The notes under the pieces: model-generated
The model's database searches: none
What the model was told of the DNA's origin: nothing
Seen by the model: the letters and a program-made list of their open reading frames with translations, nothing else
Translations under genes and position numbers: made by a program
In this document: positions 1 through 10,472 of the stretch, one piece after another
How positions within the stretch are numbered: position 1 is the first letter of the stretch
Layout of the letters: each line of letters begins with the position of its first letter
Virus record (IMG/VR): IMGVR_UViG_3300044949_000816
Location: 1 to 64,000 of that record
DNA length: 64,000 nt
Strand: one strand, 5' to 3'
DNA from: an uncultured virus (IMG/VR IMGVR_UViG_3300044949_000816)
Lineage: Duplodnaviria > Heunggongvirae > Uroviricota > Caudoviricetes

Positions 1-54
1 ACATCCTTTGCAAGATTTGCCAGGTTTTTTGCCTGATCAAATAATGAAGGAAAT

Positions 55-384
55 TCAGTCGGTGACTGGGACATGATTTTCAATTTTCTCAAGTAATTCT
101 TTTGCTCCAGATAACCAACCTTCTTTATCTGCACCCCAGCGATCAATTGGACATGATTCGCCAGTATCTTCTGTTTTATTTGGAAGATAGCATCCACAAC
201 GCTTACAATCTAATCGTTTTGGATCAAATTGATCACATCCTCTACAAATTTCCATACGCTTTTCTGCTGTTTCTGGGGAAACTGCAAAGTTAATTGATCC
301 GGGTGATGCAATTTTTGAGTGATCAGTAAAATATAAATTGAATTCCCAAAAAAGATCAAGCAATTTTTCTTTATCGTAAGTCAT
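55..384 (-). CDS. Small Cys-rich protein (CxxC...CxxCGC...CP, DUF6171-like putative metal-binding)
   Basis: ORF contains RMEICRGC...CKRCGCYL..K...ESCPIDRW; late-type ATAAATA box at 406-412 (minus). Confidence 0.6.
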   Translation of the reverse strand: MTYDKEKLLDLFWEFNLYFTDHSKIASPGSINFAVSPETAEKRMEICRGCDQFDPKRLDCKRCGCYLPNKTEDTGESCPIDRWGADKEGWLSGAKELLEKIENHVPVTD

Positions 385-411
385 AGTTTTTTCAAGATTT
401 TTGAATATTTA

Positions 412-1653
412 TTAGTAACCACCGATGATGTTTCCACCACCTTCAACTACAGTATAACCAGAACCTGCGATTCCTCTTCCACCAGCACCAGCACTTCCTG
501 GTCCTGTAGTATTTCCACCAGATTCTCCCCAACGTCCTCCAGATCCTCCTGATGTTCCTGGATTTCCTGCATTGCCCGGAGTTCCTGGATTTCCATTAGA
601 TCCTCTGTTTTCAGTACTCCAATTATCACGACATCTTTGCCAAGTATTTCCTGCATTACCAGCATTTCCTGGATTTCCTGGATTTCCTACTCCACCTTCA
701 AGTGAAGATCCTGGACCATAATTTGTCCATCCACGTCCACGTCCACCAGTTCCACCAGTTCCTTTAGTTCCTGCATTTCCCTTGAATCCTTTGGTTCCAG
801 GATCACGACTTTCATTTTGAACTCTTCTACATTCCCAATCACGATATTGACCACACCATCCACATCTTCCTTGGCGATTGTGACAATATTCTCTGCGATA
901 ACCACTTGGGCATCCACCACAAGGACTACAGCAACTTCTTCCAGTATTATTGTCTACCTTTCTACATCTTGCTGCGGATCCATCAGTTCCATCAGCTCCG
1001 GCAGATCCATCAGTTCCATCAGAACCACCTTCACCACCACCTCCACCGCCACGTATGAATCCACTACCAACAACAGCAACTTTCAGTGGGCGATTGGTGA
1101 CAAATCTTGCTCCTGGTCCTCCAGGATTTCCACTTCCTCCACCTACTGCTCCACCTTCTCCACCACATCCTCTAACGGTTCCAGAAACTTCAACATACAT
1201 GTTAGGGGCATCAACATCTGGAGAGAATCCTAATGCAGCAGTATTAGGGTCTGGATTATTGCATCCAACTTCACCTGTGATGTAAACATTCTTTTTAATG
1301 TTTTTAGTCATATTCCCACCCCATGGAATTCCACCAGGTGCATGGGCTGCTCTTCCGAGTCTAAATCCATATCCAGATGAATCATTATCAGCATCAGTTC
1401 CAGACTGCACAGCTTCGTATTCTTTACAAGATCCACGAAACTGTGAAGTCTTCCAACCTGATTGAGTAGTTACTATGTTTGAATTTTCATCTGCATCCGG
1501 AACAACTGGATTTTCAGTGTAAATGCTGGTATTACGAATTAACTGCGATGCCTTAACTGCTCCAGTATCAGTCTCTTTAAAAACTTGTCTTAGTGAACTG
1601 AATGGTATTGCTCCAGAATTAAAATGAAAAGTAGTATTAATTGAAACCGCCAT
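412..1653 (-). CDS. Glycine-rich tail-tip adhesin-like protein (T-even gp38-like) with a Cys-rich insert
   Basis: GTVRGCGGEGG...GFIRGGGGGGEGG and GGSGGRWGESG glycine loops; C-terminal GNIIGGY; late-type CTAAATA box at 1688-1694; start taken as ATG 1653. Confidence 0.6.
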   Translation of the reverse strand: MAVSINTTFHFNSGAIPFSSLRQVFKETDTGAVKASQLIRNTSIYTENPVVPDADENSNIVTTQSGWKTSQFRGSCKEYEAVQSGTDADNDSSGYGFRLGRAAHAPGGIPWGGNMTKNIKKNVYITGEVGCNNPDPNTAALGFSPDVDAPNMYVEVSGTVRGCGGEGGAVGGGSGNPGGPGARFVTNRPLKVAVVGSGFIRGGGGGGEGGSDGTDGSAGADGTDGSAARCRKVDNNTGRSCCSPCGGCPSGYRREYCHNRQGRCGWCGQYRDWECRRVQNESRDPGTKGFKGNAGTKGTGGTGGRGRGWTNYGPGSSLEGGVGNPGNPGNAGNAGNTWQRCRDNWSTENRGSNGNPGTPGNAGNPGTSGGSGGRWGESGGNTTGPGSAGAGGRGIAGSGYTVVEGGGNIIGGY

Positions 1654-1699
1654 TACCTGTTCAAACAAAGGTGAATCTATCTTTGTTTATTTAGAAAGA

Positions 1700-3664
1700 T
1701 TAACTAAAATCTGGGACTATTTCCACATTAGTAAATTGCTGTTCCTTAACATGTTTTTCCCACATAATGGCATCCTCAATATTATAGAAAGTTGCCACTT
1801 GTTTGGATACGGATTTCTTTTTGTTTTTGTTGTAGATAACCTGGTACTTCATGAGGAGATTCAATAAAGATTTCAATGATTGTTTCATCATTCCAGTGTC
1901 GTATGACACCAGCAACGATGAAACAGTTAGTAATCAGATAAGTTGCAAAGATTACAGTGCGAATAACTGCAACTCTATCTGATTCTTTGTCACATTTGGA
2001 TGCTTTTTCGCCCAGTGCTTTTGCCCACCATCTCCATGGACTTTTAGGTTTCATAGACTGATTTCCTGGATCTGACATATTCTAACTGATTCCATTGATT
2101 TTGGTAGCAAAGCACAAGTAATCGTTCGTTTTCATGTAAGGAACAGGCATAAAGATTTTCTGAATCTTTGGGGCGAACGTTTACCTCAATTGTAATATAT
2201 TCTTTTCCTTTGAAATAAATCCACCCTTCAACGCCTTTGCCGTTGTTCCATATTACATAATCGTTGATCTGTGGTTCGTATTTCATACATCAAGTAATAA
2301 ACACATCAACAATACGGGATTTCTCTTCGCTTGCCAGAGCAAACTTATGAGCATTCACCACACGCTCCATGATACGATCAGTGTAACGATCATCAAAATC
2401 ATTACAGTTGGAAAGAATCTCAAATGCTTCTGTATCAGATTCTGCAATCAAACTAATCGTGCCGCCATATTCCGAAGAAGGAAAAGGAACCCAGTAGGTG
2501 ACGATGTAAAGATACTTCATTTGCTGTTTTAAATTACTCCTTGATTGTAGTCGAATGGTTGAGATTTGTCAATTGGCGTTGTAGTTCACATTTCATAGAA
2601 ATTAAATGCGAATACAAAAAAGATTGATACTCATTACCTTCAGTTAAAGCGGTAAGGTTATCAATCTGCATCAATGCCAAGATCAGTTTTGTTTGATCAC
2701 TCATCACATGAACTCTGCCATATAGTAGTCAACAGTAACCTCAAGTTCTGCTGCTTTTTGTTCAATCTCATCTTCAATAATCATCCTTGATTTCTCTTTA
2801 CGCATTTCATACTCAAGATATGCTTGCTTGGCATTGTAATACATTTCTTGTGCTTCTGCGTGCTTGCTGAAATCCATGAATGCCTTGATGAATTGTTTGA
2901 TGTCGTCTTTGTTCATTTTTTGTTGTAAGGGCAGTCGGGATGATGTGTGAAGCGAGCACATGATTCATGTGCTTTGAAAAGTTCTTGATCACGTTTGATC
3001 AACATACCATTCCACATCAGAATGGCAATCACACCAAGATAGATGTAAGATGTTTTCATCACTATTATAGGTCAGAAGGAGGGCACCACGTCGTAGCGTA
3101 GTCCAGTTTCCGATCTGTCCATTCGCTCCCAGATCGTGTAAAGTTTATTATAAAGTGCTGAAGCACTACCATACTCCCTAGAAAGACGGATTTCATCTGC
3201 ATTTTCTAGATTTTGAATTGCAGAGAGGATAATACCAATCTCATGCACATTTAGATTTACATTCATTTCTTTCATTTTTAGTCCCAACTAACGTTTTGAA
3301 GTAGAAAACCAGGCATCACATATGTCCAGGCACCAAGTCCATCAGCACCACCAGTACCACCAATTTTATACTCCCATTTGTATTCATATTTGTTATGACT
3401 GTCCCAAGTCATATATCCTTTCTCTTGGTCAAAGCGTCCTTTGATAGTCAACGCATGTTTGTTAGAGTAGATATTGCGTGTGCGAAGGGCACCACTCTTT
3501 TCACGTGTTTCAACTACCTTACATACATCAGGATAGGTTTGATCACCTGCCTCAAGCATACAAGGAGTTTCGTATGTAAAGGGGCGATATGATACTTTTT
3601 GTTCTTGTGCAACTGCAGGAGCAGCAGCAATCAGAACAGTGACAAGAGCAAGCAGTTTTTTCAT
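1700..3664 (-). other. Cluster of short hypothetical phage ORFs (1700-1852, 1782-2054, 2044-2286, 2290-2520, 2534-2704, 2704-2915, 3072-3275, 3278-3664)
   Basis: Tightly packed or overlapping minus-strand ORFs; 3278-3664 begins with a signal-peptide-like MKKLLALVTVLIAAAPAVA. Confidence 0.7.
2544..2572 (-). promoter_or_regulatory. sigma70-type promoter TTGACA-N17-TACAAT
   Basis: Read directly on the minus strand upstream of ORF 2290-2520. Confidence 0.75.
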
Positions 3665-3710
3665 GATTTCAAATGTTTGATGAGTTCTGGAAAATTTGCG
3701 TGTCCTTTGT

Positions 3711-3740
3711 ATAATATACCACCGATTACCAGTATGTCAA
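3711..3740 (-). promoter_or_regulatory. sigma70-type promoter TTGACA-N16/18-TATATT/TATTAT
   Basis: Upstream of ORF 3278-3664. Confidence 0.65.
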
Positions 3741-3797
3741 GTAGAAGGAGCACTACTAACATAATGACAACGTAGAGTGCATCTTTCTCTGATTTAT

Positions 3798-4115
3798 TCA
3801 TCCGATGACTCTCCAGCAGACAACAGCATTGCCCTTGCGTGGAGAAGCGATATGAGCGAAAGCACCATAAGAAAGATCCAAGTCAGCATGAGAATATGGA
3901 CCACGATCATTCACCCTCACAATTACTTGTTTACCATTGTCTTGGTTTGTAACCCTAATTTTGCTTCCCATACGAAGGTAAGGGTGAGCAGCAGTCCAAC
4001 GGTAAGCATCAAATCGTTCTCCATTTGCAGTTATATTACCATGAAAACCATCACCAACACCGTAGAATGTAGCAATTCCACATGTAAGTCCAGCAATCAG
4101 TGTTTCAATCATCAT
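3798..4115 (-). CDS. rlpA: RlpA-like double-psi beta-barrel lytic transglycosylase
   Basis: GIATFYG...FHGNITANGERFD...TAAHPYL..GSKIRVTN..NGKQVIVRVNDRGPY...LDLSYGAF. Confidence 0.85.
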   Translation of the reverse strand: MMIETLIAGLTCGIATFYGVGDGFHGNITANGERFDAYRWTAAHPYLRMGSKIRVTNQDNGKQVIVRVNDRGPYSHADLDLSYGAFAHIASPRKGNAVVCWRVIG

Positions 4116-4782
4116 TTCAATTCAATTCGGTCAAAAAGTAGCATACCTATCTCAAAAAGTAAATCCTCATCCATGTCACCCATAGTGTTGCGAATACCTC
4201 CAATAATTGCGGTTTGCAGAACCTCTATAAAAGATTCGTCCATAGAGACATAATCAATTACCGCTGGTTTGAGTGCGTCAGCAATTTTAGAAACAGATTG
4301 AGTGGAGAGATTCATTTGTTTGTTTTTTTGTAAAGGTCAATTAAATCATTATCAAACCAAAGTCTTTTATCAGATTCACAAATAACGCTTTTCATCTTAT
4401 TGCGAATCTCTTCCCATTCTTCAAGAGTCGTATTTATACTTACATCATTAAGATGTGTAAGAATAAAACCAATAAAAGAATGCTGATTTTCCATAACATC
4501 AATCATATCTTGTGAACGCCAATTTTCACGACACAAGATATTAATTGCCTTTGGACTTTTGACCTTTTGAATCATTGGATAAATTCCAACTCTTTCAAAT
4601 ACACGATCCTCACGATGTGGATGTTTTTTCATATCTTTTTTCCATTCAGCAACTTGTTTTTGTGAAAGTTGAAAAAAATGATACTCACAATCGGAGAGTT
4701 CTTCATTAATTAACTCCCATTCAGAAAAATTCAACCAAACATTACGACGTGACATGATCAGTTTTCGGGGTAGAGTTTCCAA
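4112..4782 (-). other. Two hypothetical ORFs (4112-4315, 4312-4753/4782)
   Basis: ORF track; overlapping stop/start codons. Confidence 0.6.
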
Positions 4783-4941
4783 CCATCAGGGTAAATACCC
4801 ATTTCTTCGCAACGCACTTCATAGGCAATACGTTGCAGGAAACGCAGATCCATCTCCTCAACTGCTTTCACAATAGAGCGGCGGATCTGCTTGTCTTGAA
4901 TGGTGTCTGTGATCATCGGGTGTTCCCTTGATTACCTTGTA

Positions 4942-5000
4942 ATTATACTGCCTGCAGCAGGCGGTTGGGTAACACCTGTGCCACTTATAGCACTGTCATA
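4942..5000 (-). promoter_or_regulatory. Palindrome-type early promoter, copy 1
   Basis: TGTGCCACTT-ATAG-CACTGTCATA at 4977-5000; TATAAT at 4942-4947; spacer 29 nt. Confidence 0.75.
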
Positions 5001-5034
5001 TGATGTGCTATATAAAAAAACAAAGATTTTATTC

Positions 5035-5652
5035 ATGGAAATAATAGATCACATAGCAATTTTTAAAAATGCTGTTCCACAAAATATTTGTGAAGATTTC
5101 ATCAATTTTTTTGAAGATGTTCAAAATTCAAGAATAGGACGTAAGTTTAAATATCAAGGTAATGAATTTGACGCTGAAGAAGTAGGTGATGACGGAAAAA
5201 ATCAATTTAAAGAAGGTGTATATGGAAGATCTGATAAGGCATTATGGATTGATAAATTTGATACGAAACTAACCAACATATGCTACGATTTTTTAGGAAA
5301 GGCATTTGAGCAATATGCCGCAGAATATCCCGACCTTCAAAACACTCCCCTAACAGTTCTTGACGTTAAAATGCAAAGAACTGATCCTGGAGGAGGTTAT
5401 CACGTTTGGCACTCAGAGAGTTCACATTATACTTCATCAAATAGAGTTTTAGTTTGGATGATATATTTGAATGATATTCCAAAGGGAGAGGGAGAAACTG
5501 AGTTTTTTACTCAACGACTTAGATTTCATCCAGAAAGAGGAACCATTCTACTTTGGCCAGCAGGATATACTCATGCACATAGGGGAAATTTCGTAAGAAC
5601 AACATCAAAATATGTAATAACTGGATGGTTTATTATAGTAAATAATGATTAA
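5035..5652 (+). CDS. 2OG-Fe(II) oxygenase (prolyl-4-hydroxylase-like cyanophage family)
   Basis: GGYHVWHSE...RVLVWMIYLND...GETEF...P..GTILLWPAGYTHAHRGN...KYVITGW; the only convincing plus-strand gene. Confidence 0.9.
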   Translation: MEIIDHIAIFKNAVPQNICEDFINFFEDVQNSRIGRKFKYQGNEFDAEEVGDDGKNQFKEGVYGRSDKALWIDKFDTKLTNICYDFLGKAFEQYAAEYPDLQNTPLTVLDVKMQRTDPGGGYHVWHSESSHYTSSNRVLVWMIYLNDIPKGEGETEFFTQRLRFHPERGTILLWPAGYTHAHRGNFVRTTSKYVITGWFIIVNND

Positions 5653-5654
5653 TT

Positions 5655-6125
5655 TTATAATATATGTCTTGGCAATGTAGAAAAAAATTTTACATTATCT
5701 CTCAATTGTATTTTTTCTCTACAATACTGGTCGTAGAGCGTTTCTTCCTGCTCCCGTGCTTCTACTTCATGTGGTTGATACCAATACTCATACTTCTCCA
5801 CAGGTTCTTTAGAATAACATAATTTCCCATAACGAACCCGCAGTGAACCCACCACCCATTGCCTAAGGTGAGCAAGTTCATGTAAAAGAGTTTTTATATA
5901 CAACTCCTCATCCATATAAGTATCAAGTTCAATTAAGAATTGACGAGGGCGATATTGCTCACCTACTATGTCACAATAACCATTCACACCTTCACGTTTC
6001 AATCCACGATGAAGAATTTCAACGTGGATCTTATGGCGTGGAAAGAATTTGTTTAGAAACCAAGTGGTAACGTCCTCACAGAGGCGCTTGCGATAACCGT
6101 ATCCAGAATACGTGATGTAAGACAT
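5655..6125 (-). CDS. Putative zincin metallopeptidase-like protein
   Basis: TLLHELAHLRQW (HExxH) and downstream QPHEVEA. Confidence 0.65.
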   Translation of the reverse strand: MSYITYSGYGYRKRLCEDVTTWFLNKFFPRHKIHVEILHRGLKREGVNGYCDIVGEQYRPRQFLIELDTYMDEELYIKTLLHELAHLRQWVVGSLRVRYGKLCYSKEPVEKYEYWYQPHEVEAREQEETLYDQYCREKIQLRDNVKFFSTLPRHIL

Positions 6126-6272
6126 GAACCCCAGTGCAAAAACCAAACAAAAGAACCAAGAAAAATAAGTTTGTCAGTCGTTGTCATCATCAGTGAATTG
6201 CATCAGAACATAATTGAAGGCGACTGCACCAAGCATGGCAACAGACCACCAAAAAAAGATCATTAACATGAT

Positions 6273-6716
6273 TCACTTCGCATAAAGATAACTACCTGCC
6301 CAATCAGCATTCTTAAACAACCATTCACGTTCTTCAATCAAACGCAGATCATAGCGAACACCTTTGGCAGGTGCTTTCCAACTAGCAGATTTGTATACTT
6401 CACCAGTTTTTTGATCTACGAAGGCATGAACAGAGCGAGAACCATTACTATCAATAAAGACAATTTTGTGGTACTTGCGTCCAGACTCAAGGATGAAATC
6501 AACTGGGCATTCGTTGTTCTTGAGTTCATCAATCTTACGTTGATGATACTCTTTAGTTTCAAGATCATCAACAAACTTTTGATGTCCACGGATGGCATAC
6601 TCAACGTAATTGTGCTTGAGTGCCTCACAAAGAGCATAGGTATGCCTCAGAACAGCGTCAGCGATGCTCTGCCGTGCCTGTTCTTGGGCAGCGTAGTCAG
6701 CGAAGGTGGTGCTCAT
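6273..6716 (-). CDS. Conserved early phage hypothetical protein
   Basis: SVHAFVDQKTGEVYKSASWKAPAKGVRYDL motif; directly downstream of palindrome promoter copy 2. Confidence 0.75.
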   Translation of the reverse strand: MSTTFADYAAQEQARQSIADAVLRHTYALCEALKHNYVEYAIRGHQKFVDDLETKEYHQRKIDELKNNECPVDFILESGRKYHKIVFIDSNGSRSVHAFVDQKTGEVYKSASWKAPAKGVRYDLRLIEEREWLFKNADWAGSYLYAK

Positions 6717-6737
6717 GGGTGTGTTGTGTATGTACCT

Positions 6738-6796
6738 ATTATAAAGGCACACAGGTGCTTGTGGAGTGCCTGTGTGCCAGTTGATAAAGTGGTATA
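6738..6796 (-). promoter_or_regulatory. Palindrome-type early promoter, copy 2, with internal hairpin
   Basis: TGTGCCAGTT-GATA-AAGTGGTATA at 6773-6796; TATAAT 6738-6743; spacer 29; inverted repeat GGCACACAGG/CCTGTGTGCC. Confidence 0.8.
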
Positions 6797-6803
6797 AAAA
6801 TGT

Positions 6804-7043
6804 TTAACCTTCTTCTAAATCGCCAATTTCATTTTCAGTTAAAAATGCGGACTTTGAAATTGGATCCCAGATATAAGAATATGTATCTTGTGGATCTTCC
6901 TCAATATCCTCACAATACCTTACAGAAAAATAATCTAGTTTGTTGGAAACATTCTTTAGATAGAAATCTACAACATCTTGTCCATATTCTTGAATAAGAA
7001 ATTCCTTTTCAGTCATGGATTTACTTTTGAGTGTCAACAACAT
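6804..7043 (-). CDS. Hypothetical acidic protein
   Basis: ORF between promoter copies 2 and 3. Confidence 0.55.
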   Translation of the reverse strand: MLLTLKSKSMTEKEFLIQEYGQDVVDFYLKNVSNKLDYFSVRYCEDIEEDPQDTYSYIWDPISKSAFLTENEIGDLEEG

Positions 7044-7045
7044 TC

Positions 7046-7104
7046 AGTATAAAGCAAAAATTGATCCTTGAGTGGGCAAGTGTGCCAGTTTGATAAGTGT
7101 CTCA
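7046..7104 (-). promoter_or_regulatory. Palindrome-type early promoter, copy 3
   Basis: TGTGCCAGTT-TGAT-AAGTGTCTCA at 7081-7104; TATACT 7046-7051; spacer 29. Confidence 0.75.
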
Positions 7105-9003
7105 TTTACCAACTTTTAAGGTGACTGCAGATTGAATATCATCCAAGTATGCCTTACCCCTAGCCATTCTTGAACTTGAGAGAAGCAAATACCCTCTACC
7201 AGATGCTGCAGAGTGCATACTCATAACTATTTTCTTTTTAACCAATTCTTTAATATTAGATTGATTTGCAGAGATAAAAAATAAAAATTCAAGATTTAAT
7301 AAAAGATTTCTAAATTGATCAAAATTTCTATCCGATATAACATCACCACCTTTTCTCTGTTTTATCAATTTATACTTATCTTTTATTTTTTTTGTTAAAG
7401 TTTTTGGTATTTCCTTTTCTATTAAAAAATCAGCATATTTGAATAAAAATTTTGTTTTATTTGGTTTAGTTTTTAAAGAGGTAATAATTTTTAAATAATC
7501 ATCTTTTGTCAAAAGACCAACTTTTCTCATAATTTGTTTTGCTACAGAATTTTCATCATCAATTTCGTTCAAAATACTAATACGATTTTTTATTAAATCA
7601 TTATAAGCTTTATTGAAAGATGTCCGATAACTGGGATGATTGGTCATTTCATTAAAAACATTTAAAGTTACTTGCCCCTCACCAGTCTGCGAAGTTGTTT
7701 CTGATGGTCCCCCTTGTTTACCAGGTTTTATCAGTACTGATCCACTACCAGGCAATAATTCAATAAAGTAATTCAAGTGTTTAATTTTTTTATCTGGTTT
7801 TTTTATTTCATATGTAAAATTAAAGTATTGAGTAGTAAGATTTAATTTATAATCATTGGGTGTTAAGTTTTCTATTGAAATTAACTCATTCAAATATTTT
7901 TCAAATACCGCCTTATTTTTTGACAATTGCATTAAAAATCTTACTTCACTTAAAAACCAATCATCATCTTCTTTATTTTCGTGCAAATAAACTGAATTAT
8001 AATTTAATATTGAAAATGGTGTATTACTATCCTTAACCTGCTTCAAACTAACTGGAAACATTATTTTTGAACGATATAATTGAGTTATTATCTCCAAATA
8101 ATGTCTTGGATTTAGAAGTTTATTATCCCCCATCATTTTTACTTTTTGATTTATTAACGTCTTAATGTTTTTGACTTGATTTTTTTTTACCAAGTAAATG
8201 TCCGCAGTCGATAACTTGTTAGATTCACTAAAAAATCTTTTACCAAGACTTTTTTGGTAATTTTCCATCATAGTAAAACAACGATTTTTATCTTGTTTAG
8301 AATTATTTTTTATAAAATCAACAAAATTAGAAGACTCATGATGATATTCGTATAATTTACCATCGTTGCCACATTTTTCTATAATTTTCTTTGCACTATA
8401 GTATGCGGAATATAACCACTCATAATATCCATTATTATATTTTTGATCATCATAAATTGCAGACATATAAGATATTTTTTCAGTATTCAAAAATATATCT
8501 GTATATACATTAAAATTTTCTAATGTTTGATTTGAATTCCACTTTAAAAAATACACATAATCAATAAAATCATAAAAACTGAACTTTTTCGGAATATTTT
8601 CACTACAAACAAACATGGTTACAATTTCACCAAGAATTGATAAAGTATTGTAGACAACCTGAGTTGTTTTTTGATAATTTGACAAATACTTTTTAAGAAT
8701 ATTCTTTATTTCATTTATATTTCCTAAAGTTGGAAGTTCTTCTTCATCTATTATAGATTTAATATTTTTTGCTAAAAAATCAATAGTAATATTTTCATTT
8801 TCTTTTCTTGAGGTTAGATCATGAAGAACTTTTGATCTGATATATACTCTTTGCCTAATAGAAAAAGAACTTTTAAATAAGTATCCAATATTATCCTCTA
8901 AAGTTTTCGACGAGAAAACATTTAAAATAGTCTTTAATTTTTCATCTGAAATTTTAGCAATATCTTTTTTTGTTATTTTTTCAAACTGACTTGGTACTAT
9001 CAT
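7102..9003 (-). CDS. Large AT-rich, Lys-rich protein with a possible PD-(D/E)xK-like nuclease motif
   Basis: 633-aa ORF; KLSTADIYLVK...MFPVSLKQ; late-type CTAAATA box at 9015-9021. Confidence 0.55.
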   Translation of the reverse strand: MIVPSQFEKITKKDIAKISDEKLKTILNVFSSKTLEDNIGYLFKSSFSIRQRVYIRSKVLHDLTSRKENENITIDFLAKNIKSIIDEEELPTLGNINEIKNILKKYLSNYQKTTQVVYNTLSILGEIVTMFVCSENIPKKFSFYDFIDYVYFLKWNSNQTLENFNVYTDIFLNTEKISYMSAIYDDQKYNNGYYEWLYSAYYSAKKIIEKCGNDGKLYEYHHESSNFVDFIKNNSKQDKNRCFTMMENYQKSLGKRFFSESNKLSTADIYLVKKNQVKNIKTLINQKVKMMGDNKLLNPRHYLEIITQLYRSKIMFPVSLKQVKDSNTPFSILNYNSVYLHENKEDDDWFLSEVRFLMQLSKNKAVFEKYLNELISIENLTPNDYKLNLTTQYFNFTYEIKKPDKKIKHLNYFIELLPGSGSVLIKPGKQGGPSETTSQTGEGQVTLNVFNEMTNHPSYRTSFNKAYNDLIKNRISILNEIDDENSVAKQIMRKVGLLTKDDYLKIITSLKTKPNKTKFLFKYADFLIEKEIPKTLTKKIKDKYKLIKQRKGGDVISDRNFDQFRNLLLNLEFLFFISANQSNIKELVKKKIVMSMHSAASGRGYLLLSSSRMARGKAYLDDIQSAVTLKVGK

Positions 9004-9021
9004 GTTTTTCTAAATATTTAG

Positions 9022-9051
9022 AAAAAAAGGGGAGGTTTTACCCTCCCCTTT
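9022..9051 (-). terminator. Rho-independent terminator
   Basis: Minus strand GGGGAGG-GTAAAA-CCTCCCC-TTTTTTT right after the stop of ORF 9054-9458. Confidence 0.85.
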
Positions 9052-9053
9052 GA

Positions 9054-9458
9054 TTACTTGTTCATTTGTAGAGTTGGAACTGGCATTCCACCTTCAGTAG
9101 GAACATAAATCGTCACATTACCATTCTTGCTGCCATCTTCAAGTCCAGTAATGTAAAGATACTGAAGATACTCACGGTTGTCTTTCAGCGAATTGCCGAT
9201 AATCTGGTTTGCTTTGGCAACACCAGTAGCACGGATAACTTCAGCATCAGCAAGTTGTTGAGCACTATCTTTCTTTGCTTGTGCTTCCAGAACTGCAACC
9301 TGTCGGGTGTACTCTGCTTTCTGAAGTTCTGCCTTACCATCAAGAGATTGTGCCCACACATTATAGAGTGGTCCAACAACAGAACTAATCACAAACAAAG
9401 AGACCAGAAATGATGCTCCAATAATCAGAGCATTACGCATAGTGTTGTCTTGTTGCAT
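9054..9458 (-). CDS. Membrane-anchored coiled-coil protein (SPFH/band-7 C-terminal-like)
   Basis: N-terminal TM helix, then Ala/Glu-rich AEVIRATGVAKANQIIG..L...YLQY. Confidence 0.55.
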   Translation of the reverse strand: MQQDNTMRNALIIGASFLVSLFVISSVVGPLYNVWAQSLDGKAELQKAEYTRQVAVLEAQAKKDSAQQLADAEVIRATGVAKANQIIGNSLKDNREYLQYLYITGLEDGSKNGNVTIYVPTEGGMPVPTLQMNK

Positions 9459-9477
9459 AATTTACCTCAAATAAAGT

Positions 9478-9900
9478 TCAGGGAATAATCCAATCATAAC
9501 TACCAGGAGTTTCTACACTCTCAAACCCATCATACTCATCAATACGATAAGGACCAGAAACTTCATCAATACGAAGTTTAGCACACATTCCGTTTGCTTT
9601 GTCACCCAGTTCTTCTACAACTTGAACAAGAACAGGGTCGTGGCGGTCAACATCACCATAATACCAAGATTGTGCCGAATATGCTTTATTATAAGCAGTT
9701 AGTTCATCTTTACTCATAGTAAAGATTTCTTTTGTGGTTTGTGGTTTCAGTCGTTGTTCAGGTGGAACTAACCAAACAGAAAATCCCCACTCATTATCTT
9801 CAATCCAAACTTTTTGTTCTTTGATGTCCCAGTAACGTTGACATGCTTCTTTAGAGAGACCAAACCCACCGTAGCAGGCATTATAAACCACTTTAGTCAT
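9478..9900 (-). CDS. Conserved phage hypothetical protein
   Basis: KVVYNACYGGFGLS...RHDPVLVQVVEELG...YRIDEYDGFESV. Confidence 0.7.
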   Translation of the reverse strand: MTKVVYNACYGGFGLSKEACQRYWDIKEQKVWIEDNEWGFSVWLVPPEQRLKPQTTKEIFTMSKDELTAYNKAYSAQSWYYGDVDRHDPVLVQVVEELGDKANGMCAKLRIDEVSGPYRIDEYDGFESVETPGSYDWIIP

Positions 9901-9902
9901 AA

Positions 9903-10391
9903 TCAGAGTTTGAAAGGAGAAACAATGATACGAGGTTCAACATACACAGGGCGTGTCTTACCATTACCACTTGGATCAGAACACATCACCCAAGTTCCTT
10001 CAGCACTATCAGGAGAGAACAAACCATTAGGATCTGCTTGAGGAAGGGTTACACCACTAATTCGCTCATACTTTTGAGGATTGGTGTATTGAGTTGCAGC
10101 AGGCAAACCATAACCAATAGAGTTGCACAGAAACACTGGACGACCAGTAGTTTCAGGAACAATATAAGTATAAGTCACCAGTCCATCTTGGTCACGCATC
10201 TCAATAATTTGTTTCATCAGTTTGCGTTCACGGAAGTTCTTGATTGCAGGCATACCAGTTTGTGCGGTGCCTTCTTGGAGGATACGTTCTTGTTGATCAC
10301 GTTGTTTTTGATCGGAATTGCTAAAATCATCACAACCAACAAGAGTTACACCCAGAAGTGCGATGGCAGCAACAGAAGCAAATGGTTTCAT
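9903..10391 (-). CDS. Putative lipoprotein
   Basis: Signal peptide with lipobox LVGC; directly downstream of promoter copy 4. Confidence 0.7.
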   Translation of the reverse strand: MKPFASVAAIALLGVTLVGCDDFSNSDQKQRDQQERILQEGTAQTGMPAIKNFRERKLMKQIIEMRDQDGLVTYTYIVPETTGRPVFLCNSIGYGLPAATQYTNPQKYERISGVTLPQADPNGLFSPDSAEGTWVMCSDPSGNGKTRPVYVEPRIIVSPFKL

Positions 10392-10413
10392 GATTTGGAT
10401 TGATTACTTTGTT

Positions 10414-10472
10414 ATTATAGGATGGATTGTGGGAAGTAGGAAAGGTCTTGTGCCAGTTCTTTAAGTGTCCTC
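10414..10472 (-). promoter_or_regulatory. Palindrome-type early promoter, copy 4
   Basis: TGTGCCAGTT-CTTT-AAGTGTCCTC at 10449-10472; TATAAT 10414-10419; spacer 29. Confidence 0.8.
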
